A DNA stretch of 64,000 nucleotides from Flaccisagitta enflata (GCA_965153355.1 OZ231126.1:28334001-28398000), one strand, 5' to 3'. Positions 43,196-56,855 are shown, numbered from the stretch's first letter. Made by a program: numbers and translations. Notes: generated by a model not told the origin, from the letters alone.

Positions 43196-44901
43196 AGTTT
43201 TTACTATTTTGTAAATTTTTCATGTTTAGTTTAGCTTCAAATTTGTCGCTAAAACAATTTTTTTTGACAAGGGGTTTCAGTGTTTTTCACAGCTGTCTCT
43301 GACTGTATCTTGGTACCCAGAACTCAATTTTTGTCTGTTAGTGATATAAGAACCTGAGAATTGATATTTTCTTGCATTTTTCGTGGTAAAATTCAAGTAG
43401 GTTTATGATGTCTCATTATCAAAAACTTCCACATCAAAACCAGTCATAATCTTTCATAGCATTTTTGGCATGACACTTTCTGAGAGCCAGGCACTTTCTC
43501 GGGCACACAATTATGCCCCAATTTGTAAAAATACTATATTTTAGCTACCTCTGTGTCAAATTCCAGCCCAACGACTCCATTATTTCTATCAATTTTGCTC
43601 ATTTTGCTAGTTCGTTTAATTATGTGAGAGGTGTTATTTACTGTACTTTGTGAGATCAATGTACCACTATTTTTGAACCAAATGAGTTGAAATTCATGAG
43701 ATTCTGAAAGAGTTTTGAAAGCTCTTTCAGATGACACCAACCAAATTTGTATGCTTTAAAGTATTTAAAATCATTAACAATCAAAGTTGTATGGTTCTAT
43801 CGCCCAAGAAATCAATATTTACTGTACTTTGGGAGATCACTGTACTGCCATTTTTTAACGAAATGAGTTGAAATCCATGAGATTCTGAAAGAGTTTTGAA
43901 AGATCTTTCAGATGAGATCAACCATATTTTTTTTCTCCTCAGCATAAAAAAGTTATAAGCAATTGAAGTTGAATGGTTCATACCCCAAAATTACCAACAA
44001 CCATCAACACTTTGATTTGATCATTTTTTGTTCATTTTCCAAAATGAATCCAATTTTTTTGCTGAAACGCACTAGTTAACACCTATTCTTGCCAAAAAAA
44101 TCTACTTTTTTGATTTTTGTCATTTTTTACAACCACCTCCATCAGGAGGTGAATTTTGGCCAATTTGGCCCCCTTACCCCCACCCCATGGGTGACCCCTC
44201 CCACCCATCCACTCTACCACCTACCTTAGTGTATTCTGACTCCATTAAGCCAAAAAAGTATGTTGGGTGGTGAAAATTTGACTGTTTTTGCCATTTTGCA
44301 AGTTAGAGGGTCCATAGTCAAATTTGGCCATTTTAGGCCATTTTTGGCCAACTAAAACTCATCCGAGCACTAATATGGTTAGACAAAAAGTCCCACCGAT
44401 GGTTCCCCCTCATTATATACATCATGTACCGTACCTAAACTTTTGGCACAGGCGTTTTTAACATTTTTTGCAATTCCTGAACACACCAGGGCAACAACCA
44501 TTCACAAAATACACAATATATTTCTTCACTTCTATAGGTGTTTTTTTTGGTGTAATTTGAGGACAAGAATTGAAGAAATCTCGAACCGCAAGTGTAACAC
44601 AAATTGTTTTTATTCGCGTGCTACGCGACTGTACAACCTGCATTGTTGGTCCGCCCGTCCGTCGGTCCGTCGGTCCGTCCGTCGCACTTTACTTTTTTTT
44701 GCGTTATTGTTTTTTTTTTGCCATGCTGCTCCTGCCCAAATGCTCCACTGACCTCAAATATGGCCCCTGCCCACTTGCACGAGACTGGGGTAGCGGTGTA
44801 TCCGGCCTTGTTACCAAAAATATTGCTAGTAAAACCATGAATATTGTACTTATATTCCTAGTTGTCCCAGTAATTATGAATTATCGTTGTGGTGGCGCAT
44901 A

Positions 44902-46049
44902 GGCACTCTCCTCCCAACGCAATTCCAGGTCATAAGTCACAGTACAGTGGGTCTTTTTGCAGTTTCTCATTGTTTGAGGGTTGATTGAACTTAATCTATC
45001 ACTCATAAAATCTTGTCAAGGGCGCTTTCGGAGAAATTTGAAAAAGAAAAATCTTTAGCCGTATTTTAAATATAGATTTTTTTAACTTATCCAAACTTTT
45101 TTTTGTTAACAAATCTGTAATCCTGATAACATTTTCTTTCATTTGATATGTCACACTATATACTTTCTCAAAGGATTATGATTTTCAATTTTTTAGCCAC
45201 CGTTGCAAAATTGTAACGGCAACTTAAAAATTGAAATCTTTATTTTTTCTCAAAAACATACAGTGCGACCTATCAAATGAAAGGAAATAACATCAGGATT
45301 ACGAATTGCTATCAAAAAAAATATCTGGATGATTTATAAAATTCTTGATTCAAAATGAGGCTGAAATCATCTTTTTTTTTTCATTTTTCTCGAAAAGCGC
45401 CCATGAAAAGATTTTACAACTGTTAGTTTTAGTTCAAGTAAGCCACAAACTATGACAAACTACTAAAAAACCATCAGTACTCAGTCAGTGGACAAAACAA
45501 AATAGGTAGAGAGCTCACTCTGATGGCTTTGATCCAACCTACTGTTATCAAACAGCAGGCTGTAAAAAACACTTGGTTGTAAAAATCACAGCCGGCTGTC
45601 ATGCTACAAAGTGGGCAAAAATCCAACTTTCACCAAATAGAATGAGACCTGCAAATTTATAATCTCGGTGAAATTCTGACAAGTTTGATATATCACAACA
45701 TATATTTATATATGAAAATAAAAAAAAATTATCAATGTTTAATAAAGTTATAATGCAATGTCAAAAAATTATTTTTTATAAAAAGTGTTAAGTGTGACAT
45801 GTCAAACTTCTCAGAATTTCATCAAGATTATGAATATGCAAGTCACGTTCTATTCTATTTAGGTTGTTTTTTTGCCGACTTTGAAAGATAACAGCTGGCT
45901 GTAATTTTTACAACCAGTTGTTATTTACAGCCTGCTGTTTAATAACAGTAGGTTGGATCAAGGCCAACAGAGTGAGTTCTCTACCTATTTTGTTTTGTCC
46001 ACTGACTGTACTATGACTTTTCACCTGGATTTATGCTGAGAGGACAGTG
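44902..46049. mobile_element. Palindromic MITE family copy (second copy about 60565-61415), interrupted near its right end by another MITE
   Basis: CAC..TCCTC..TCCAGGT..AAGTCA.AGTACAGT mirrored by TACTATGACTTTT.ACCTGGA..GAGAGGA..GTG. Confidence 0.7.
45482..46008. mobile_element. 527-bp palindromic MITE, CAGTCAG termini, 4-bp TSD TACT
   Basis: TACT|CAGTCAGTGGACAAAAC ... GTTTTGTCCACTGACTG|TACT. Confidence 0.85.
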
Positions 46050-46920
46050 TAGGACGCTTTAATTCATTTTATTGAGCTATTAAAACTTTTTTTTTTACAT
46101 AAATTGACATTCTACTTTAATTATTGCCTTTGTAGTGGCCACTGGTCTGTCTTCTTCTTAGAACCGGCATGACAAAAGTTGTACGTGAAAGCTCTTTTGC
46201 TCTTCATGGTAGGTTAGCAAGTAGTTCGTGAATAAGAATTCCCCGTTATCGCATTACTGCGATTGGATTACCGTGTATCCGGCCTTGTTTTCAATGTAAA
46301 TTCACTGGGACAACTGGATTTGGCCCTTTTGCTAAACTGCTAAGCTGCTGCTTAAAATAAGCTTTTTCGCATTGCTCGCTGGCAATCGGTTCCTCAGTCT
46401 TCACCTTAGTGGCACCTAACATGATGTATCAAATTTTTGCACAGGCATACGAAATGAACAAGCCCAGTACAAAAGAATTTCAATGGAAAGACATTTATGA
46501 TTGAACAAGAAGTACAAAAAAAAAAGAAGGAATGAGAGAAAAAGAACACTTTATACACGGCTGAGGGTTATGTTCCGCATGTTTCGTTTTTGTACGCGAG
46601 AACTATCAAAACCTGTGCACGGGATCTTCGTAGTCAAGATTGTCACCAGTTCTACAATAAGTCTTGCATCGCGAACGCCAAACGGCTGAAGATATAATTT
46701 TTTTCCGCTACTTTCCGGCGCGTGGTAACTTACTTTTTAGGACATGTCAGTAACTTTGCTATAATTTCAATCATAAAACATCGGGATGAAGGGACTCTTT
46801 TTGTTAGTCCGCAGCGTCCTTTAGACAATAGACATTGACACATTGTTGCAGTGTTTTGCTCGCTGTATGTCTATCAAACATCTTTGAGCTTTCTAGTAGG
46901 TTTCCAACGTTGGAGATAGA

Positions 46921-47973
46921 TTACCTCTCTACATGTGGGAATTTCGTCAACATGTTTTCTTCTTTGGGTGGCAAAGTAGTTTCCTCATTTCGAGTCAAGT
47001 GCAGCTTTTCATGCTTTTTCCAGTTGCCTCGATTTCTGAATTCCCTCGTACAATATGAACATCGAAAAGGCAGTTGATCAGAATGAACTTTGCGGTGATG
47101 CTCCAAGAGATAAGCGTGTGTAAATGCTTTGCCGCATTGCTCGCAGACGAAAGGCTTTTCGCCAGAGTGTTTCTTTCCATGGCGCTGCAAGTTCGTGAGC
47201 AGGGTGAATTTCTCTGAGCATATATCACATTGGAAAGACTGCCCTTCGCCATGAAATAATTCATGGCGTTTGAGATCGGACGATTTTGAAAACTGTTTTT
47301 CACATTGTAAACATGGAAAAAACTTATCTTTTAAATGCCTGCGTTGATGATCGGCGATAATATTTGATTTGGTTGTAAAACGTTGATCGCAAATTTCACA
47401 CTTGTAGGCTTTAAAATCATCATGAGTTTTTTCGTGAGCTCTTAGGTTGCTTTTCGATTTAAAACCGGAATGGCATTGAGTACATTTATGTGGTTTTTCA
47501 TCCTTGTGAATGACTCCGTGCATTCGCAACTCTGGTTTCGATTTGAACCTCTTTTTGCATTCTTCGCATTTGTAAGGTTTCTCCGATGAATGAATAATTT
47601 CATGCTTTTTCAGGTTTTGTTTGATATTACATCGAAATTCACATTGAAAACATTGAAACGCCTTTTCTCCTGTGTGAATCAACATGTGACGTTTAAGTCC
47701 ACTCGCAAATTTAAAGTTCTTGAGGCAGATTTCGCATTGGGTACCGTTTATCTTTTTGTTGTTTACAAGCTTTTCTTTTCCCTCGGATTTTTTCTCACCA
47801 TGACCGAGCGCCTGCCGAGATTTTAAGGCGGTTTCTGCCTTTCCACAGTTGGCATCGCCGATCGTTTGAGTCCTAAAGAAATTGATAATTTCTTTTTGTT
47901 TAAGTTTTGTTTGGATTTTTGAAGTCGTGTCAACATTGTCCTCCTTTTGCGAGAGAACCGTCATGGTGATCAA
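46921..47973 (-). CDS. C2H2 zinc-finger protein (9 fingers), paralog of 37431-38877; N-terminus uncertain
   Basis: Nine CxxC..HxxxH repeats with TGEKAF/SEKPY/GEKPF linkers; shares FRCNxKQNLKKHE and FKSKPELRMH with the other gene. Confidence 0.88.
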   Translation of the reverse strand: MITMTVLSQKEDNVDTTSKIQTKLKQKEIINFFRTQTIGDANCGKAETALKSRQALGHGEKKSEGKEKLVNNKKINGTQCEICLKNFKFASGLKRHMLIHTGEKAFQCFQCEFRCNIKQNLKKHEIIHSSEKPYKCEECKKRFKSKPELRMHGVIHKDEKPHKCTQCHSGFKSKSNLRAHEKTHDDFKAYKCEICDQRFTTKSNIIADHQRRHLKDKFFPCLQCEKQFSKSSDLKRHELFHGEGQSFQCDICSEKFTLLTNLQRHGKKHSGEKPFVCEQCGKAFTHAYLLEHHRKVHSDQLPFRCSYCTREFRNRGNWKKHEKLHLTRNEETTLPPKEENMLTKFPHVER

Positions 47974-48297
47974 TTTTTTTCTTTTTTTCCGTGGATTTTC
48001 TTTTGGGTTGTTGAAAATGTGTGTTCAATTTTGCGAGGTTAAAGTTGGAAACTTTTTTATTTATCGACGTCTCAAAGTTTATCTATCAGAAAACGATGCA
48101 AAGAGTGAACTTCTTGATGTCAATTTCCTCTTCGCTGTAGATATTCTTTTTAAGCTGACAAGTCAGAATATGGGTTATATATGCATTTCAGACAGAGTCA
48201 ATGAGTCGGGGATTAATAGATTCGCAACAATCGAATGGGGGGTCGATCGATTTGTTGATCAATCCAAAAAGAAACGAAGATACAGCGAGAGCGAGAG

Positions 48298-48497
<200 letters not shown>

Positions 48498-49014
48498 AGG
48501 TAAAGGAACAGCAGACAGTCAGGGGACAAACGGTTAGTGAAAACAAGGCCGGATACCCGGCAGGACAGTCGAGGACGGTTGGGCAGGTGCGCAGGTGCGC
48601 TTACAATTAAACAAGGCCGGATACACGGCCGATAAGCAGTCGCTTGCGGGTGGGCAGGGGCTGTAATGCGGCTGGGCAGGGGCAGTATGTGGCTGGGCTG
48701 GGGCCGTAATGTGGGTGAGCTGGGGTTGTGGTGTTCAAAAATCGCTATTTCAGCCGATTTCGCGTCGTTCAGATTTTCGCTTTCCCTTCATTCATTCATT
48801 CATTCATTCATTCCTTCACACCCTCTTATAGAGTCGCTTGGCAAGCGACTAAAAAGGTCATAGTACCGACGGACCGACGGACCGACCGACACGGCAAGGT
48901 GTAGAGTCGCTTGTCCGCGACTAAAAAGAAACAAACATTCAATGAAAGAGATAACCAGTTATGACCAGTAAGAGACTGTGATCATGTGAGAACTAATGAT
49001 AGTGACGGGAACTT

Positions 49015-49122
<108 letters not shown>

Positions 49123-49123
49123 T

Positions 49124-49196
<73 letters not shown>

Positions 49197-49533
49197 CTCC
49201 GCAATGCAATGGCTTCCAACTTTCGAATCAACGATATCGGTTGAATTGACTGCTTATCATGCTGCAGCTTGAAAGCGTTGCATTATTGATATCCAGGAGA
49301 CCAAGATTTAATCATAAATTAACCATTCCCACCGCTGCTGAATAAACCAGGTGGATAAAAACTCACCAGTATAGATTCCGCCTGCCTTCCGCATCAACTA
49401 AATTGACCACAGCTTTCAGATGATGTGGTGTCCTCCCTTCTCCACCACTTTTTTCACACACGAAATACGAGCGACCAACGCGATGATTCGGCCCTTTCAG
49501 AGCCTAGCCCTTCAACATGTACAAATTGACCAC

Positions 49534-50358
49534 CACGGCGTCCAGGAACAAACCATAGGTTGAAAAAAATGGTCAAGACTCCTGACCTGGGAAAAAGCTT
49601 TTTTTGATGCATTAGCTATCAATTTAAGGTGAAAATAAAAAAATCGGCTTGGAAATATAGAATTCAAATCTTAAAGATAGCAAAAATGAAGCATTTTTAT
49701 ATATTTTTTATATCAGAAATTAAGATTGTAGCTTCAAGCTATTTAAAAAATATCTGAAAAGTGTGGCAATAGTTGCTGTAATAATGCTTTTACTTATTTG
49801 GTAAGTTTAGAGGGTTACTTTTTAGATAAAAACTAAAAAAAACTATTTCAAACTATCAAATTGATTTTTTTTTCAGCTTATTTTCATAATTACTTCTTTA
49901 AAATTCTTGAAGACTATGAAAAGTGTTTAAATATTGTTGAGATACCCATGCTGGAACATAATCCAGCTAGTTTTAAGAAATATTTGATAGATTAGAGCTT
50001 AGAAATAGCAAAAAAAACCAAAAAATAATCATTTTACAACAGTTTTTGGCATTTTTTGTTTTGATTAATGGAAAATCACTCTTAACAAACTGAAGTAGGT
50101 AAAAGCTTTAGTGCAACCACTGTAGCCAAGCTTTTCATACATTTCTACATACTTTTAGAAGCCATGAATACAATTTTTAATCTAAAATATGCTTAAAAAT
50201 GCCTTTTTTGGCTATTATTTGACCATCAACTCTGTATTTCTAAGCAGATTTTTTTATTTTTACCATAAATTTGTAGCTAATGCATCAAAAAAGACATTTC
50301 CCCAGGTCTGGAGTCTTGACCATTTTTTTAGACCTAGGGTTTGTTCCTGGACGCCGTG
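49534..50358. mobile_element. Chapaev/CMC-like MITE (CAC..GTG ends, 4-bp TSD CCAC)
   Basis: CCAC|CACGGCGTCCAGGAACAAACC ... GGTTTGTTCCTGGACGCCGTG|CCAC; TIR about 60 bp. Confidence 0.85.
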
Positions 50359-50600
50359 CCACCCCATCTCTCCTAATGTCATGTCCTTTTCTATTCTTCT
50401 CTGTCACGTCATCATAAATCTTTTACTGTTCAGCCCAGTTTGTCATGTTACATCCTGTCCTGTCCTGTCCTGTGACTTCCATCATGTGACTCCTGTCACA
50501 CTCAGTATCTGTCCTACCCTGTTCTACGCTGTCCTCGCTTATCATGTCATGTCTCTTCCCTCTAGTTCTACTGATCCTCCTCTAAAGATACTCAACTCAC

Positions 50601-50852
50601 CCGTCGATTCCGCTCTTTCACTCCCCGCCAAATCGACTAAATTGACCACCGCCGTCCTCGTCATATTGGTCCCGCTTTCGGTGGTCTTTTGCGAGAAAGT
50701 GAGCGCGACGATTGTGTGAGCTCGACTCGAGGTGGCGTTCATGTTTGTGGCGGCGATCGTACGATTCTTCGTTCCTTCTGACATCTTGTGGTCGATTTCT
50801 TCGTATGATCCAACGGGGGCCTCGCTCAAGTTGTCCACGTAAAATCCTTTGC
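50601..50852 (-). CDS. Kinesin motor-domain exon with switch I and switch II (kinesin-3/KIF28-like)
   Basis: Encodes KGFYVDNL..NRTIAATNMNATSSRAH..VNLVDLAGSERAEST; acceptor TTCAG, donor GTGAGT; phase 1 joins the 10148 exon as [12 protein letters not shown]. Confidence 0.93.
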
Positions 50853-51522
50853 CTGAAGGTGAGGGTGAGGTGGAGAAAGAAGATAAGGGAGGTAGAGGTA
50901 CAGTTAAAGGAGGTGGAAGGATTTGTAGGGAGGAAAGGCAAATAGCGAAGGGAGTACAGGCGAAATGAGAGAGGTGGTTTAAAGGTGAGGACACAATGGG
51001 TGACTTGGCCTGAATTCGTCGTGATCGTGGTGAGGACAAAAGTCGTGATTAATGATCAAATTTTGAGAATGATCATTTTTATGTTTAGTCGCGTGCACGC
51101 GACTCTACAATCCGCTTTGTCGGTCCGTCGGTCCGTCCATCAGTCCCTCGGTCCGTCACACTTTACTTTTTTATCATACTTTAAGTTATTTCTAATCATT
51201 CTAAGTCATTTTAAGTCATTCAAAGTCATTTAAAGTCATTCTAAGTCATTCTAAGTCATTCTAAGTTATCTTAAGTTACTTAAGTCAAATAGGTCAAAGG
51301 AGTCATTTCAGTCATTTAAACTCATTTTAGGTCTTTTTAAGTCATTTAAAGTTGTCTTGAGTCATCTTGAGTCAATAAAAGTCATCTTCAGTTATCTATG
51401 TCTCTCACGCGACTTGTAGGTGTTGGCCTTGTTTTTTTAAATCAAGGCTGGACGTTGAATAACATGAAAAATAACATCAACGCTATTAATTTTGCAAATT
51501 AGTTGCAATGAGAGCAGTTGCT

Positions 51523-51691
<169 letters not shown>

Positions 51692-51716
51692 GTCTGTCTC
51701 TCTCTGTCTGTCTGTC

Positions 51717-51805
<89 letters not shown>

Positions 51806-52178
51806 CGCCAATATCGCACACAGTCATAATGCAGGGTGTATCTCCCCACAGCTAAAGCGCCCAACAGCTAAAATTTTTCCATGACAGATTGGCCCAACAG
51901 CTAAAATATTTTTTTAGCTCTGCAGCCAATTTTGAAGCAATTTAATTCTAAAAAAATCAGAAAAAGTGGTCTAACTTCTAAAATTTCTCTCAATGATTGG
52001 CCTGAGTTCTAAAAAAAGAGGGAAGTAGAGAATGATGAAAGGGAACAAAAAAGGGAGTGCGTATCGTTGCCCCGAATTCTGTGCCCTGAGATGTACCATT
52101 TTTGCCTTTTTAGTGATGTCCAGAATTCTGGGCCCTAAGAAAATGCATTATCATATTTTCTCTCTGATTCTCTCTCTC

Positions 52179-52216
<38 letters not shown>

Positions 52217-52923
52217 GAGGCCTAGACACATAACCTCCCCAGTTGCGTGCAGGTGGATAAGAGATCACTAGACCATTAAAAACAAGGCCGGATACACGGC
52301 TACCTTAGTCGCGTGCGGGTGGGCAGGGGCGGCGAAAAAAGCAAAGTATTACCGACCGACAGACAGACGGACAGACGGACAGACGGACAGACGGACAGAG
52401 CGGGTTGTAGAGTCGCGTGCACGCGACTAAAAACTTAGTTTAAGGATGGAAGCATTTTTTTCTACTTTATTTCACTCATGCTCACTATTAGAACACAAGT
52501 GGTATGGAAGCTTTTTTCTACTACAACACTGGCAACTGTAAAAGTCAATTATATGGAAAAGAATCAGTAGCCTTTAGTGGCTTTAACAGAACTTAGTTTT
52601 AAGATGAAAGCTCATGCTTATGCTTATTACTAGATGAAAAGTGACAGAAAAGTTTTTTTTTACTACAAACACCTGCAAAATATAAAAGTTGATATTAAGG
52701 ACAAGAATCAACAGTCAATCTTTTTAAGCGGCTTTAAAGAGAAAAAAATTAGTTTTGGGATGGATGCTTTTTTCTACTACTTCACTCCAGCTCATCAGCT
52801 TTGTAAAAGTCAAAGATTTGAGGAAAAAGCAAATCTACTATTCAGTTGTTGTAAATAGTAACAGTTTGCTATGTAAAAGTTAAATGAGGCTGGATACACA
52901 GCCACCAAGCTGTTGACAGTTGA

Positions 52924-53052
<129 letters not shown>

Positions 53053-54404
53053 AAGAGAGAAAGAGAAAAAGAGATGATTAAAGATTAAGAGAGAAGGAGT
53101 AAAAGAATATAGTGTCTCAGGGAACAGAATTCTGGGCCCTGAGATTATGGGATTTTTTGGGGCCCTGAGACTTTGTACCCTCGGGGCCCCGCGTCGCGCC
53201 CCAAAAAAGGCTTTAAGCCCCATTTGAAACAATACACAAATCAAGTCTCATCCCTTCACAAATGATTTATAGTCTGATATTTTTCTTTAAATACACATTA
53301 CAGTTGTGCTCTTAGACCGTATTTCAAGGGACCATGCAAATACATGCGTTATAGTGAATCACCTTTTTTTCAAATTCAAACAAGGCTAGATATACAGCAA
53401 CCTAAGTCGCGTGCTGGTGGGCAAAGGCAGTGATGAGAAAGACCAACTAAGTAGTTGGGTAGGAGCAGTTACCCAAAAATGGCTCGTAAAAGCTAAAAAA
53501 TCAATGTGTGACAGACCAACCAACTGACAAACTGAGCGGGTTGTAGAGTCGCGTACACGCGACTAAAAACAAGACCAACACCTTATGGTTGCGTGCAATT
53601 GTTAAGACCAAAAGACTAAATGATTAGATCACTATAAGACTAAGAGACTTAGACTTAAAGACTAAGAGACCAAAATGACTTATCATGACCTGAAATGACT
53701 TAAAATAACTTCGCATAAAATGATATAAAAAAAACAAAAAAAGCTAAGCATGATGGACAAACAGGCAGACAGACAAACAGACAGACAGACAGACAAAAAG
53801 ACAGACAGAGTGGGTCATAGAGTTGCGTGCATGCAACTAAAAATATAAAATCTTTTAAAGGACAGTAATTAGTAATATACCTTATAAGTGGGTTTGTTTT
53901 AATGGCAGATGCATAAGAGTTCTCAAAGATATCAATAAACAATTTCTAGTTATACATACTATTTGCAAAAAGACTTTACTATTGCTTGTTCATACTCCAC
54001 CATGTAATTTCTTATGTGTCTTTATTGCGGACTATTGTTTGTCTGTTGTTCCTTTGGTTCATCAATCTATCTATCTCTGTTTCTCATATCAGTTTCTTAT
54101 ATCTGTTTTTCATAAATGCTTTTCAATGCCTTCCTCTTTTTTAGACATCAGGCGCTTACTTTTTAGCTGCCAGGCGCATTAGGATTTTCAAACTATGCCA
54201 TGACTTTTTGTTTCAAATTGGCCTGATGTCTAAACTTTTTTTTTAGAACTCAGGCCAAAATCATTTTTAGACATCAGGCCACTGGAATAATTTAGCTCTC
54301 AGGCGCTTCCCCCCATAAGGCATATTCATTAATCATTAATGTTAATCAGTCTCTCGCTTTGCATTTTGATTCCAATTGGATAACCTCGTCATTTGCTCGG
54401 CAAC

Positions 54405-55035
54405 CGGAAGCTGCGATAGAGAACCATCAAACGCATCTTATGTCAATGACGCTCATCTAGTTCTATGTTTCATAAAATGTATATGTTTGGCTCTCTATTT
54501 CTCTGCAATATAGCAGTAGATAAACATCCCCATTCGCTTTTAAGCTGGAAGCTGCGATAATACTAACGTTAGTAGAGAATCATCCAACGCATCAATGTCA
54601 ATGACACTCAGTTCTCTGTATTATGTATTCTGGTCTCTGTTTTCTGAATCGCAGTAGACTTACACTAGCAAGGGGATACACACCATTCACTTGAAAGATG
54701 GAAACTGCGATAGAGAACTATCAAATGCATTAATGACAGTATGACTCTCAGTGTTGTGTATTTGGTTTGGTTCTCTGTATCGCAGTAGAATAAAATCGTA
54801 AAATCATGTAGGACGGAAGCTGCGATAGTGAGAATCGCCAATTACTTCGTATGTTCAATAATACTTGTTTCTCTTCAATGTCAATGGTGCTCAGATCAGT
54901 CAGTTCTCTTCGTTCTACGGAAATAGAATAACATCCACTTTAATTTTACTGAAATGCTGGCAACTGCGATAGACAGTAGTCAAATTGTCAATGGCATCAA
55001 TGTCAATAATACTGAGTCAGTTCTCCGTATTTCAT
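54405..55035 (+). repeat. Five diverged tandem units of about 115-150 bp beginning GGAAGCTGCGATA
   Basis: Unit starts near 54406, 54547, 54700, 54815, 54959. Confidence 0.75.
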
Positions 55036-55236
55036 CGCAAATGCTTTCATTTATAGTCATGTGCACATTATGCATCTAACAAAAGCAGTCATTTGGTCAT
55101 AACTTTGATTAGTCCCTCTGACAGAAACCATTTGGAATTTCGCTTTCAAATTATACCATGCAGTTAAATACAACAATGTCTCCACTAACAAGTTGTTGCA
55201 TAACTTTCAACCTTCACCTTTCTGCTTGTCTCTGTC

Positions 55237-55286
<50 letters not shown>

Positions 55287-56567
55287 CTATCAACCCAATT
55301 GTCTATCATTCAGGCCTTCATTCTATGATCGAAGACTGGAGATTCAGGGACTTACCATAAACTATATGCATGAATTTAGAAAAGATCAATCGATCATTGG
55401 GAAAATTGATTGTGCACAAAGGTAGAGCAATTTTTGTAAGATGCCAACATCAACGCAATTCTGGCGAAATGGAGTTACGCAACGACATCAATTGGTCTGT
55501 GGTGCGCCAGATGTGACATAATTTGGCCTCCAGAGTCCCAAATATTACATTAATTGGTTCTTAGGAGGCCAGCTATGACCTTATTTGGTCTATAAAGCGT
55601 TAAGTAGGATTCATCGAGTTCTATTACATGCGACAACCTCAATTGGTCTTTGATGCAACAGATTTGACATCACGGGGTTATTCAAAATGCTGCCCCTAGC
55701 CACCCTCGGGCAACTTATTACTTTGCGAGGGTTGACCATGGTTTGTTTGACCGTCATCCTATGGAGACAAAGTCGTGGTTCATTGTTGCAAACCAGCAAC
55801 TGCAACCGTTACAAAAGGCTGTGTCTTATCGTAAGTCCGTGGGTCTGTCCGTGGACCTATTCATCTGTTGGTTGGTCCGTAATGCCTGAGTGCAAAAGAT
55901 GGTCATTTCTGCTCTTGGCCTTGCCCACTATTTGTGTCTGGTATTGGTCGTGTATTTGGCCTTGTTTATCACATGAATCAAGGGCAATGAAACAAGGCCG
56001 GATACACGGCCCATAAGTAGTCGCTGGCGGGTGGGCGGGGGCAGTCATGAGGTGGGTAGGGGCAGAATAAGGCAGGGCGGGAGCTGTAACGTGACAGGAG
56101 AGGGGCATTATTGCTCAAAAATCACCATTTCAGTCGATTTAGTGCCATCCACATTTTCGCGTAACCATTCTTCCTTCCTTCCTACGGAAACCCCCTCTTG
56201 TAACTGACCGATCAAGAGACAGCCTGTTATAAGCTTTGAATAAGCTTTGAATCGTCCCACTTGGGAAGAGTTGATTGAGAAAAGAACTGCAAGGTTTCAA
56301 CAAAGTTTTAAGCAGTGCTCACCATTGTCGTAAGCGTTCTGCACTGTTATAAGTCACTCGTCCTTCATTATCGCTGATTATTGTCATCTTTGTTTCCTTT
56401 TTTTGTCATTTGTATTAATTGTATGCTACATGTAAACCATGTGAATAAACTGGATATATATAAGAAATTAAGCATTCTTTGGTGCCCTTGAAACATAAAA
56501 GGTTGACGGTCATTCAAAAAGGGCTTAACGATGTTTTTTTCTGATGTTTTAATTTTGCACAATGAGA

Positions 56568-56855
56568 CAAGTTGACCATCATCAAAGGCAGGCGACTCAG
56601 TGTCAACCAATATCAATATTTGTCCATAATGATCAGACTCTGCGCAATCGAACAAGTTGACCATCGTCCAAGGGAGACTTACTGTCATCCAGTGTCAGTA
56701 TCAATCAATCAACGATCTGATTCTGTGCAATGAAATAAGTCGACTGTCATCTAAAGGATACAACTCAGTGTCAACCAGAGTCAATATTTGTCCATCAATG
56801 ATCTGATTCTGCGCAATGAAAGAAGCCAACCATCATCCAAGGGAGGCAACTCAAT
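56568..56855 (+). repeat. About four 85-bp tandem units (AAGTTGACCATC..AAGG)
   Basis: Unit starts near 56568, 56653, 56737, 56823. Confidence 0.7.

Larger units (their letters stand above)
40232..44488. mobile_element. 4.26-kb foldback (Mutator-like) element with TIRs of about 850 bp, internal repeats of about 185 bp and a 9-bp TSD
   Basis: GGGCAACAA|TGGTGTGTTCAGGAATTGC ... GCAATTCCTGAACACACCA|GGGCAACAA; arms 40232-41086 and 43635-44488 are closely similar. Confidence 0.9.

Noticed and set aside
54405..55035. CRISPR-like array
   Set aside because: Eukaryotic context, degenerate repeats, mutually similar spacers and no cas genes
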